DNA of 32,000 nt, from NCBI RefSeq assembly GCF_001457615.1, contig NZ_LN831024.1, forward strand, positions 4,830,001 to 4,862,000, in the 5' to 3' direction. Positions 10,401-18,575 of this stretch are shown here, piece after piece. Position numbers and translations under genes: made by a program. This DNA is from Pseudomonas aeruginosa. GTDB lineage: Bacteria > Pseudomonadota > Gammaproteobacteria > Pseudomonadales > Pseudomonadaceae. The notes beneath the pieces are model-generated. The model did no database searches and had not been told where the DNA came from. It saw nothing but the letters and a program-made list of their open reading frames with translations. How positions within the stretch are numbered: the stretch's first letter is position 1; the number at the start of each line of letters is the position of its first letter.

Positions 10401-11172
10401 GTTCGACGCGCGCTGCGCGCCAGGCGGCGCGGGCCTGCGCGTCCAGTTGGTCGAGCTGGCGATACCAGTCGCCGCCCTGCTCCAGCAAGGCTGCCAGTGA
10501 CTCGGGCGCACTCAGCGCCTGGTCGGCGTAGCGGAAGTCGGCGTCCTGCCGCGCCAGCAGCGGCTGCAAGGCCTTGCCCAGCGCCTCCGGCCCGCTGTAG
10601 CAACTGGCCACGGCTTGCGCCGCCGGAGCCGTCAGGCCGTAGAAGTTACGCCGCCAGTAGTCCCGTACCACTTCGGCGAGCAATTCGCTCTGGTCGGTTT
10701 CCAGGTTCTGGGTGAACAGGCTGCCGCTGTCGAAGGCGTGCTCGCGCAGCATCCGGTAGCACCAACTGTGGATGGTCGATACCGCGGCCTCGTCCATCCA
10801 CTCCGCGGCCAGGCGCAGCAGGCGCGCGCAGCCCGGCCAGCGCTCGGCGGGATACTGCTGGCGCAACGCGACCAGCAGGCCGTCGTGGCGCTCCTGCGGC
10901 TCGGCGAAACAACGCGCCGCTTCGCCCAGGCGGCTGCGGATACGCTCGCGGAGTTCCTGGGTCGCCGCATCGGTGAAGGTCACCACGAGGATTTCCGGCG
11001 GGCTCAGCGGCCGGCCGAAAGCGTTCTCGCCGCCATGGTCGAGGACCAGGCGTACGTATAGCAGGGCGATGGTGAACGTCTTGCCGGTACCGGCGCTGGC
11101 CTCGATCAGGCGGCTGCCGTGCAACGGGAAGTCCAGCGGATCGAGGGCCACGGGCATCTGCTGCTGGCTCAT
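7435..11172 (-). CDS. recB: Exodeoxyribonuclease V beta subunit RecB (helicase/nuclease)
   Basis: MSQQQMPVALDPLDFPLHGSRLIEASAGTGKTFTIALLYVRLVL, ALIDEFQDTDPVQYRIF, VVTIHKSKGLEYPLVLLPF, and the C-terminal nuclease motif FYVADYKSNWLG. Confidence 0.96.
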   Translation of the reverse strand: MSQQQMPVALDPLDFPLHGSRLIEASAGTGKTFTIALLYVRLVLDHGGENAFGRPLSPPEILVVTFTDAATQELRERIRSRLGEAARCFAEPQERHDGLLVALRQQYPAERWPGCARLLRLAAEWMDEAAVSTIHSWCYRMLREHAFDSGSLFTQNLETDQSELLAEVVRDYWRRNFYGLTAPAAQAVASCYSGPEALGKALQPLLARQDADFRYADQALSAPESLAALLEQGGDWYRQLDQLDAQARAAWRAARVELEALLRDLRPYLNGNSYRGKDSDETFDAWLQALADWSEGGEQPANLGKFGQTRIKLTAKRVAPEHAALRAIDAWAAHQEERPDLAPHLLLHALGEVGHELEIEKQRRAEIGFDDLLSRLDRALQGPGGERLAQLIREQFPVALIDEFQDTDPVQYRIFERIYRIAADPDEPQARETGLFMIGDPKQAIYAFRGADIHTYLRAREATRGRHYTLGKNFRSTAAMVAAANRCFAFAEEHPRGAFRFAREGLENPVPFHAVDAQGRAERLLIDGAEAPAMTFWNLDVEAGVLGSAAYRQEMAERSASAIRRWLSLADLGRAGFADEQGGWRALRPADIAILVRGRAEAEAIRSALAARRLASVYLSDRDSVFDSQEAADLLHWLRACADPGADTLLRVALATRSLHLDWATLERLNQDELFWERMVLRFRDYRRSWQAQGVLPMLRRLLADFELPARLLRHADGERSLTNLLHLAEWLQRAAVELDGEHALIRHLAEQVQSPGSEEILRLESDADLIKVVTIHKSKGLEYPLVLLPFICSWRELDGNSGAPASFHEDGAAGRVIELARRKEQAARAYEQANDERLGEDMRLLYVALTRARHSVWLGIAPLVASNSKSAELHKGALGYLLAGGATIGSDGLGQCLAALRGECREIVVEPAPEADAERYVAGRGQGLGQARETRRSSREKWWVASYSGLQLQASAGLDDDEVLESDESQEPISAEEATFHEEGRSAEQPPVAHASEMRDDLHRFPRGPAPGTFLHGLLEWAGREGFEVARADAQRRRELVARRCDLRGWKDWAEPLDLWLEQYLAEPLRWPGGETSLAGLVAYQVEMEFWFATHQVQAEAIDALVRRHTLGGAARPALAPTLLNGMFKGFVDLVFEHQGRFYVADYKSNWLGADDGAYSPEAMTAAVLENRYDLQYVLYLLALHRQLKARLPDYDYDRHMGGAVYLFLRGARAATQGLHFERPPRELIERLDALFSGQPGAER

Positions 11173-14100
11173 GCCTGCTCCTCCGCGCCACGTCCCAGGG
11201 CAGCCAGCAGCGGCGCGTAGAGCTGCTCGGCCCAGTGCGCGAACTCACCGCTGGCGAGCAGCCGGTCGAAGTCCGGATAGACCCGAGCCAGCGCCGGCGA
11301 GGCGTCCACCTCGCCCCCCATGCCGAACCCTCCCTCGTAGCGCTTGCGCGCCTCGCGCATGGCTTTCTCGGGCTCTGCGGCGCCACCACTGGCGAGCCAG
11401 GCGAAAGCGGTCCGGCAGGCCACCGGCAACGGCTGGCGCATGCCCTGGCGCCAGGCGTCGATCAACTGGTCGAGGTACTCGCCGGCACGCTCGCTCGGTA
11501 ACGGCGGAATCTCCAGGGTGCCGGTCTGGCTCACCAGCACGCTGCTCACCGGCTGGCCTAGACGTTGCAGGGCGAGGTGCTGCAACCAGTGGCGCACCAG
11601 GCTGTGCCACTTGAAGCCGCGCCCTTCATGGAGCTTGCCGCTGAGCAACTGCAGGCGCGCCAGGCGCCCGGAAGCGTCGCGACGCAAGCCGCCGAGCCAG
11701 TCCTCCAGCTCCAGCCCGGACGTATGGCGATGGCGCAACTCCTGCTGCTGCTCGACCGCCTCCGGCCAGCGCTCGATTTCCTGGCGGTAGCGCCAGAGCA
11801 GGTCGGGCAGCGGTTGCAGCAAATGGCGCGCGGAGAACTCGCCGAACGCCGCCAGCGGCAGGCGACCCTGTCGCCGCAGTCGCTCGACCTGGGCCTGTAA
11901 CTGCGCCGGCAGGCCCTCGGCATCCCAGTCCCGCTCGACCCAGCGCTTCATGCGTTCGGTCAGCTCGAATTGCAGCTTCCAGTTGTCCAGCGCGTCCAGT
12001 TCGAAAGGCTCTTCGTCGTTGCCGGTCAATTGCTCGTCGTCGAAACGCACCTTGAGCCGCTGCTGGAAGAACGCATTCACCGGGTTGGCGAGGAACTCCG
12101 CCAGCGCTCGCAGCCCCAGTGCGCCCTCCAGTTCAAGCGGCGGCAGGGACGCTTCGGCGTCGGGAACGGCGATGTCGTCCTCGCTATGGACCTCGCGCCA
12201 CTCGCGGGCGTAGGTGAACAGGCCATCGACGCCCTGCTCCGGCGCATCGTGAAAATACCGACGGCTGAACGGCTGCAGCGGATGCTCCTGGGTCAGGGCA
12301 CGCAGCAGCGCCTCGCCGTCGCCGTCCGGGTCCAGGCGCCAGCCGGCCGCCAGGTGATCGCGCAACTGGCCGATCAGCACCGAGGGCGGCCGCTCGCCAT
12401 TGTCGCGGATACTCCGCCCCACCCAGCTCACGTAGAGCTGCTCGCGCGCCGAGAGCAGCGCCTCGAGCAGCAGGTAGCGGTCGTCCTCGCGCCGCGAGCG
12501 GTCGCCGGGGCGGTAGTCGTTGCGCATCAGGTCGAAATCCAGCGGCGACTGCTGGCGGGGGTAGTCGCCATCGTTCATGCCAAGCAGGCAGACCAGCCGG
12601 AACGGGATCGCGCGCATCGGCATCAACGTGCAGAAACTCACCGCGCCAGCCAGGAAACGCTGGTTCAGGCCGCCCTGGTCCAGGCCGCCGAGCCAGGCCT
12701 CGCGTATCACGCTGATCGGCAGCGGCTCGGCGAAGGCCGCACAGGCGCAGTGTTCCTGCCAGCGCTCGAGCAGTTGCAGGAGCTGGGTGAGGAGCAGTTC
12801 GTCGCGCTCGTCGTGGGCCTCGAAGAACACCGTGAGCAGGGCTTGCAGGCGCTCGCCCCACTGCGCCGGGGTGGCCGGTTCGGCCAGCTCGGCGTAGGCC
12901 ACCTCGAGGCGCTCCAGCAGCACAGCCAGCGGGCCTGCCAGGGCGGCGTCCAGGCCACCGACCTCATCGTAGGGCTGGATGCCTTGCAGGGCCGCGCCTT
13001 CGCCGACCGCGTAGCCGAGCAGCATGCGCCGCAGACCGAAGCGCCAACTGTTGCCCTCCAGTCCCGCTGGCAGGCCGAGACGCTCGCGCTGCGCGGCATC
13101 CAGCCCCCAGCGCACGCCGGCGCCTTCGATCCAGCGGTGCAGGGTCGCCAGGTCGGCCTCGTCGACGCCGAAACGCCGGCGCAATGCCGGGACGTCCAGC
13201 AGGTCGAGGATCTCGCTCACGGCGAAACGGCTGTCGGGCAGTTTCAGCAGGTGCTCCAGGGCGATCAGCAGCGGCTCGCGACCGCGCTGTCCCTGGTCGG
13301 CCAGGGTATAGGGAATGAAGCGCTGGTCGTCGCGCGGCACCTGGCCGAACACCGCCTCGATGTGCGGTGCGTAGGCGTTGATGTCGGGGACCATGACGAT
13401 CACGTCGCGCGGCTTCAGGCTCGGATCGGCGTTGAAGCGGGCGAGCAACTGGTCGTGGAGGATCTCCACTTCGCGCTGCGCGCTGTGGGCCACATGGAAG
13501 CGGATCGAGGCGTCGCTCCGCGGCGCCACCGGCGGCCAGTGCTCGCGGGTTTCCGCCAACGGGCGCAGTTCGAGGATATCGTCCTGCAACTGGCCGAGCA
13601 GCCCGTGCGGGGCCTCCTCGCTGAACAGGTCGATGCGCCCGCCGTTGACCTCGCCGAACAGGTTCCGATAGCTGTCCGGGTCGTCGTAGCTGTCGAGCAG
13701 GTTGATGTAGTCGCGGCCCTGCTTGCCCCAGGCCGCCAGCAACGGCTGGGCATGCTGGTGCTGGCGGTCCTCGTCGAGGTCGGCGGGGACGCCGGCGCGG
13801 CGCTGCTGGCGGCGGTACTCGTGGCGCAACAGGTCCTTGTCGGCGACGATGTCGGCCCAGTGGTGGCGACAGGGGTTGTGCACGCAGAGCAGCACCTGGC
13901 TGAACCTGGCCAGGGCGGCCAGCGCCTCGAGGGTCTGCGCCGGCATCGAGGAAATCCCGAACACCACCACTCGTCGCGGCAACGCGCGCGGCGCCGCGCT
14001 GGCGGAGCGCAGCGCCTCGATGAAGCGCCGGTGCACGCCGGAGCGGCTGCGGGCCAGGCTATCGGCACCGACGTCGGCGAGCAGCGCGCGCCACAATTCG

Positions 14101-14684
14101 GCCTGCCAGCGCTCGTCGGCACCGAGCGGGCGCGCCTGCCCGTTCGCCGTGCGCAACTGGTCGCGGCCCTGGCTCCAGTCGTCGAGCCAGTCGCCGCGAT
14201 AGACCTGGTACTGGTCGAACAGGTCGGCCAGGCGCTCGGCCAGTTGATGACGCTTTCGCAGGTCGGCATCGTCGGCGAGGAAACGTTGCAGGGTGCGGAA
14301 CTCGGGACGCTCCAGCAATCCGGGAAGCAGACGCATCAGGCGCCAGGTCAGCGGCGCCTTGTCCAGTTCGGAAACCTCGGGAATGCTTTCGCGGCCCAGC
14401 ACCGCGCGATAGGCCTGCCAGAGGAACTGCGCCGGCAACTGCACCTCCAGCGCCGCGGCGATGCCGCCACCGCCGCCGCCGTCCTCGCGGGGATCTTCGG
14501 CCAATGCCAGCTTCAACCATTGGGCGATGCCGTTGCTGTGCACCAGGACCCGCTCGCTTTCCAGCGGCGCCAGCGGATAGCGGCGCATCCAGGAAACGGC
14601 GAGGTCGCGCAGGTCGTCCAGGCGATTGCCGTGGACGATCATGAATCCGGGCGTGAGGGCGGTGGTTCCCAAGGGTTCTGGCAT
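11169..14684 (-). CDS. recC: Exodeoxyribonuclease V gamma subunit RecC
   Basis: MIVHGNRLDDLRDLAVSWMRRYPLAPLESERVLVHSNGIAQWLKLALA is a typical RecC N-terminus. The true start may be the internal Met at 14642. The gene order is recC-recB-recD. Confidence 0.94.
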   Translation of the reverse strand: MPEPLGTTALTPGFMIVHGNRLDDLRDLAVSWMRRYPLAPLESERVLVHSNGIAQWLKLALAEDPREDGGGGGGIAAALEVQLPAQFLWQAYRAVLGRESIPEVSELDKAPLTWRLMRLLPGLLERPEFRTLQRFLADDADLRKRHQLAERLADLFDQYQVYRGDWLDDWSQGRDQLRTANGQARPLGADERWQAELWRALLADVGADSLARSRSGVHRRFIEALRSASAAPRALPRRVVVFGISSMPAQTLEALAALARFSQVLLCVHNPCRHHWADIVADKDLLRHEYRRQQRRAGVPADLDEDRQHQHAQPLLAAWGKQGRDYINLLDSYDDPDSYRNLFGEVNGGRIDLFSEEAPHGLLGQLQDDILELRPLAETREHWPPVAPRSDASIRFHVAHSAQREVEILHDQLLARFNADPSLKPRDVIVMVPDINAYAPHIEAVFGQVPRDDQRFIPYTLADQGQRGREPLLIALEHLLKLPDSRFAVSEILDLLDVPALRRRFGVDEADLATLHRWIEGAGVRWGLDAAQRERLGLPAGLEGNSWRFGLRRMLLGYAVGEGAALQGIQPYDEVGGLDAALAGPLAVLLERLEVAYAELAEPATPAQWGERLQALLTVFFEAHDERDELLLTQLLQLLERWQEHCACAAFAEPLPISVIREAWLGGLDQGGLNQRFLAGAVSFCTLMPMRAIPFRLVCLLGMNDGDYPRQQSPLDFDLMRNDYRPGDRSRREDDRYLLLEALLSAREQLYVSWVGRSIRDNGERPPSVLIGQLRDHLAAGWRLDPDGDGEALLRALTQEHPLQPFSRRYFHDAPEQGVDGLFTYAREWREVHSEDDIAVPDAEASLPPLELEGALGLRALAEFLANPVNAFFQQRLKVRFDDEQLTGNDEEPFELDALDNWKLQFELTERMKRWVERDWDAEGLPAQLQAQVERLRRQGRLPLAAFGEFSARHLLQPLPDLLWRYRQEIERWPEAVEQQQELRHRHTSGLELEDWLGGLRRDASGRLARLQLLSGKLHEGRGFKWHSLVRHWLQHLALQRLGQPVSSVLVSQTGTLEIPPLPSERAGEYLDQLIDAWRQGMRQPLPVACRTAFAWLASGGAAEPEKAMREARKRYEGGFGMGGEVDASPALARVYPDFDRLLASGEFAHWAEQLYAPLLAALGRGAEEQA

Positions 14685-14724
14685 CGGTACGGCTATTCCT
14701 GGCGCAAGGCTCTGGCGAAAGAGG

Positions 14725-15408
14725 TCAGGATCGGGCGGCGACGAAGCGTCGTTCCAGTTCGAGGCTGTCGGCCATGCGGAAATCGCTCCAGCGCTCGCTC
14801 AGGCCGAGATGGCTGTCCGCCTGGCAATCCGGGGCACTGGCGCAACGGCGGGTGAAGGTGTTGACCACCTCGACCATCTCCTCGCGCTCGGCGCCGACCA
14901 GCAGCGCCGCGTGCGCCAGCACCACCGGCCGGCCGGCGCCGTTGCGCCGCCAGCGTTGCGCGGTCCCGGCGAGCTTGCGCCCATCCAGGGTGACATTGTA
15001 GCGGCCGTCGCAGAAGGAACCGGCCACGGCGCCCACGCCGGCGTCCAGGCCGCGCTCGCGGAGCCAGTCGCAGATCGGCTGGCACAGCCGCAGGTAGGCG
15101 GTTTCGATACGGGTCTGCTCGTTGTCGCCGGGCCCCAGCGCATAGGACAGGGCGATGTTCAGCACGCCCGGCGATTGCGGCACCGGCTCGCCGCCGGTAT
15201 CGCGCAGCAGCACCGGCCAGCCGCGTTCGGCGACCGCTGCGCTGGCCGGCGCGAATCCTTCCAGGCGCTCCATCCGGCGCGGCATGACCAGCGCCCGATC
15301 GCAGGGCTGCCAGAGCAACAGGCCATGCTCGCGGGCACCGCCACACACCTCGTCGAGCAGGGCGCGCTCGGCGTCCAGCCCATCCTGCACGGAAAACACT
15401 TCGACCAC
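14725..15408 (-). CDS. Lipoate-protein ligase A / BPL-LPL-family protein of uncertain substrate
   Basis: The ORF is open from 15447. A GTG at 15408 preceded by AGGAAGAG is the more likely start. Motifs are LLLWQPCDRALVMPRR, RDTGGEPVPQSPGVLNIALSYAL, DGRYNVTLDGRKLAGTAQRWRRNGAGRPVVLAHAALLV. Confidence 0.75.
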   Translation of the reverse strand: MVEVFSVQDGLDAERALLDEVCGGAREHGLLLWQPCDRALVMPRRMERLEGFAPASAAVAERGWPVLLRDTGGEPVPQSPGVLNIALSYALGPGDNEQTRIETAYLRLCQPICDWLRERGLDAGVGAVAGSFCDGRYNVTLDGRKLAGTAQRWRRNGAGRPVVLAHAALLVGAEREEMVEVVNTFTRRCASAPDCQADSHLGLSERWSDFRMADSLELERRFVAARS

Positions 15409-15520
15409 GATTCTTCCTCTTCCAGGCTGGTACGGCTCGGCTCCCACGCGGGGAGCACTGCCTATGATAGCCAGTGGCGGCGCCTCCGTGCGCCGTAATC
15501 GCGAGGAAGTTGCCGGGAAA

Positions 15521-16411
15521 TCAGCAGGTTGCCGAGCGCAGACGGGCCGGGCGGCGCTGCCAGAACTCGGCCAGCAGGACCCCGGCCAGGGTCAGCGCGC
15601 CGCCGACCAGGTGATGGACGGTCAGGCGCTCGCCGAGCACCAGGGTGGCGATGCAGGCGGTGATGATCGGCAGCAGGTTGAAGAACAGCGCCATCCGGCT
15701 CGGCCCGAGACGGGCGACACCGTGCATCCAGGCCAGCGCGGCGACGATCGAGGCGAACAGCGCGGCGTACAGCACCAGCGGCAGGTTGGCGGCGTTCAGG
15801 CCGGTGCGCGGCGACAGCAGGTACAGCGGCAGCAGGGCGAGGATCGCCACCAGCACCTGCAGGTAGAGCACTTGCATGGCCGGCAGCTTCAGGCTCCATT
15901 TCTTCAGCAGCACGCTGTACACCGCATAGGCCAGGGTGGCGACGATCATCATCGCGTCGCCGAGATTCACTCCATGCTCCAGCAAAGCGCCGAGATGGCC
16001 CTGAGAAATCACCAGCACCACGCCGGCCAGCGACACCAGCGCGCCGAGCAGCGCCCCGGCGTTCAGCCGGTGGGCCAGGATGCTGCTGGCCAGGCCCAGC
16101 GACATCAGGGGCATCAGCGACAGGATGATGCCCATGTTGGTGGCGCTGGTCAGCGCCGCCGCGTAGTAGGCCAGGCTCTGGTAGACGGCCATGCCGAGCA
16201 GGCCGAGGACCACGAACTTGCCGAGGTTGGCGAGGATGTAGCGGCGGTTGCGCAGCACCGGGCCGAGCATGAAGGGCGTCAGCGCCAGGCCGACCAGCAG
16301 CCAGCGGAAGAAACCGATCTCGGCGGGCTGGATGATCCCCACGGCGAGCTTGTTGACGACGGTGTTGCCGGCCCAGATGAACACGGCCAGCAGGGGAAAC
16401 AGGTATTGCAT
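15521..16411 (-). CDS. EamA/DMT-family permease
   Basis: The Met at 16411 (MQYLFPLLAVFIWAGNTVVNKLAVGIIQPAEIGFFRWLLVGLALTPF) begins a protein with about 10 hydrophobic segments and a typical EamA start. The ORF upstream of this Met has no membrane character. Confidence 0.85.
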   Translation of the reverse strand: MQYLFPLLAVFIWAGNTVVNKLAVGIIQPAEIGFFRWLLVGLALTPFMLGPVLRNRRYILANLGKFVVLGLLGMAVYQSLAYYAAALTSATNMGIILSLMPLMSLGLASSILAHRLNAGALLGALVSLAGVVLVISQGHLGALLEHGVNLGDAMMIVATLAYAVYSVLLKKWSLKLPAMQVLYLQVLVAILALLPLYLLSPRTGLNAANLPLVLYAALFASIVAALAWMHGVARLGPSRMALFFNLLPIITACIATLVLGERLTVHHLVGGALTLAGVLLAEFWQRRPARLRSATC

Positions 16412-16511
16412 GGGAGGTTCCGCACTATGAAAAAGGAATACGCGGCCATTCTGAGCCAGTCCGAATACAGACGTATAATGAATTCCAGACAAACCACCCG
16501 TAGGTTCGGAC

Positions 16512-17315
16512 ATGTCGACCACCACCTTGCTGCGCCTTCCCGATCTCCAGGGGCAGTCTTTCGACGTCTATTTCCGCTATGACGAGTTCGGCGCCGACAC
16601 CCATTCGCCGCCCCACACCCACGCCTGGGGCCAGCTCAACTATGCAGCCCATGGCGTGATGCAGCTGGAGATCGACGGCCAGCGCTTCCTCTCACCTCCG
16701 CAATACGCGGTATGGATACCACCGGAGCGGGTGCACAGCTGCTACAACAGCCAGGCCATCGTCTACCGCTCGCTGTACCTTTCCGCCGAGCTGTCACGAC
16801 GCCTGCCGGCGACACCCTGCACCCTGGCGATCAGCGCGATCCTCAAGGCGATCCTCTCGGACTTCGCCGAGCGCGGGGTCAACCTGCCGACCTCGGCGCA
16901 GGACCTGCGCCTGGCCCGGGTCGTCATGGACCAGCTGGAATGCGCCCAGCCCCACGACGACTACCTGCCCTACGGCCGTACCCCGGCGCTGCGCGAGGTG
17001 CTCGACGCACTGCAGGCCGAGCCGGGCGACAACCGCTCGCTGGCGCAATGGGCGCAGCAGGTGCACAGCACCGAGCGAACCCTGGCCCGGCACTGCCAGC
17101 GCGAACTGGGCATGACCTTTGGCGAATGGCGCCAACGCCTGCGCTTCCTCGCGGCCATCGAGGCGCTGGAAGCCGGCAGGGGGATCCAGCAGATCGCCTT
17201 CGACCTCGGCTACAGCAGCCCCTCGGCGTTCATCTCGATGTTCCGCCGGCTGGCCGGCACCACACCGGAACAATACCGCCTGGCCAGCCGCGCCCAGGAC
17301 ATGCCGATGCTGTAA
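16512..17315 (+). CDS. AraC-family transcriptional regulator with N-terminal cupin-like domain
   Basis: N-terminal HTHAWGQLNYAAHGVMQLEIDGQRFLSPPQYAVWIPPERVHS (cupin) and C-terminal SLAQWAQQVHSTERTLARHCQRELGMTFGEWRQRLRFLAAIEALEAGRGIQQIAFDLGYSSPSAFISMFRRLAGTTPEQYR (AraC HTH). Confidence 0.93.
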   Translation: MSTTTLLRLPDLQGQSFDVYFRYDEFGADTHSPPHTHAWGQLNYAAHGVMQLEIDGQRFLSPPQYAVWIPPERVHSCYNSQAIVYRSLYLSAELSRRLPATPCTLAISAILKAILSDFAERGVNLPTSAQDLRLARVVMDQLECAQPHDDYLPYGRTPALREVLDALQAEPGDNRSLAQWAQQVHSTERTLARHCQRELGMTFGEWRQRLRFLAAIEALEAGRGIQQIAFDLGYSSPSAFISMFRRLAGTTPEQYRLASRAQDMPML

Positions 17316-17369
17316 CCCGCCGTGCATGCGTTGCGGCTATGCTCGCAGCAGCCACCATCCGGAGTTCGC

Positions 17370-18575
17370 ATGCCAACCGCCAGCCGCCATCCCGACACCG
17401 CCCTCGCGGTGTTCCTCGCCTTCCTCAAGCTGGGCTGCAGCGCCTTCGGCGGGCCCATCGCCCACCTCGGCTATTTCCGCGACGAGTTCGTCCGCCGCCG
17501 CGGCTGGCTGAGCGAAAGCAGCTACGCCGACCTGGTCGCCCTCTGCCAGTTCCTTCCCGGCCCCGCCAGCAGCCAGGTCGGCATGGCCCTCGGCCTGGCC
17601 CGCGCCGGCTATCCCGGCGCCCTCGCCGCCTGGCTCGGTTTCACCCTGCCCTCGGCGTTGCTGCTGGTGCTCTTCGCTCTCGGCCTGGGACGCTGGGGCG
17701 CGCTGTTGCCCGAGGGCGTGCTGCATGGCCTGAAGATCGCCGCGGTGGCGGTGGTGGCCCAGGCGGTCTGGGGCATGGGTCGCAGCCTGTGCCCGGATCG
17801 CCCGCGCCTGACGCTGATGGCGCTGTCCTGCGCGAGCGTGCTGGCCTGGCCCACTGCCTGGACCCAGGTCGCGGTGATCGCCGGTGCCGGCCTGGCCGGC
17901 CTCGCCCTGTTGAAAACGGAAGCAGTGGAAGGCCACGAGCGACTGCCGATCGCCATTGGCTACCGCGGCGCGCTGCTGTTCCTCACCTTGTTCGCCGTGC
18001 TGCTGGTCTGCCTGCCGCTGGCCGCGCGCCTCTGGCCGGAACACTGGCTGCGCCTGCTCGACGCGTTCTACCGGGCTGGCTCGCTGGTATTCGGCGGTGG
18101 CCATGTGGTGCTGCCGCTGCTGCAGGCGGAAGTGGTACCCAAGGGCTGGGTCGACGGCGATACCTTCCTCGCCGGCTACGCGGCCGCCCAGGCGGTACCG
18201 GGCCCGCTCTTCACCTTCGCCGCGTTCCTCGGCGCAGCCTCGGGCCCGGCGCCGAACGGCTGGAGCGGCGCGCTGCTGTGCCTGCTGGCGATCTTCCTGC
18301 CGTCGTTCCTGCTGGTCGCCGGTGCCTTGCCATTCTGGGAACGCCTGCGCCACGAACGCCGGGTACGGGCAACGCTGGCCGGGGTCAACGCGGCGGTGGT
18401 CGGCCTGCTGCTGGCGGCGCTGTACCAGCCGCTCTGGACCGAAGGCATCCTGCGCCCGGCCGACTTCGCCCTGCTGCTCTTCGCCCTGCTGGCCCTGCTC
18501 GCCTGGAAGACGCCGCCCTGGCAAGTGGTGCTCGCCTGCGCCGTGGCCGGCGGCCTGATCGCCACAGCCGGCTAG
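17370..18575 (+). CDS. Chromate transporter family (ChrA, duplicated-domain form)
   Basis: Start at Met 17370. It contains [63 protein letters not shown] in the N-half and [41 protein letters not shown] in the C-half, the two signatures of ChrA. Confidence 0.9.
   Translation: MPTASRHPDTALAVFLAFLKLGCSAFGGPIAHLGYFRDEFVRRRGWLSESSYADLVALCQFLPGPASSQVGMALGLARAGYPGALAAWLGFTLPSALLLVLFALGLGRWGALLPEGVLHGLKIAAVAVVAQAVWGMGRSLCPDRPRLTLMALSCASVLAWPTAWTQVAVIAGAGLAGLALLKTEAVEGHERLPIAIGYRGALLFLTLFAVLLVCLPLAARLWPEHWLRLLDAFYRAGSLVFGGGHVVLPLLQAEVVPKGWVDGDTFLAGYAAAQAVPGPLFTFAAFLGAASGPAPNGWSGALLCLLAIFLPSFLLVAGALPFWERLRHERRVRATLAGVNAAVVGLLLAALYQPLWTEGILRPADFALLLFALLALLAWKTPPWQVVLACAVAGGLIATAG

Noticed and set aside
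11970-14855. 961-aa plus-strand ORF opposite recC
   Set aside because: Antisense to recC and rich in Ala/Gln/Val/Leu/Arg with no motif; a composition artefact.
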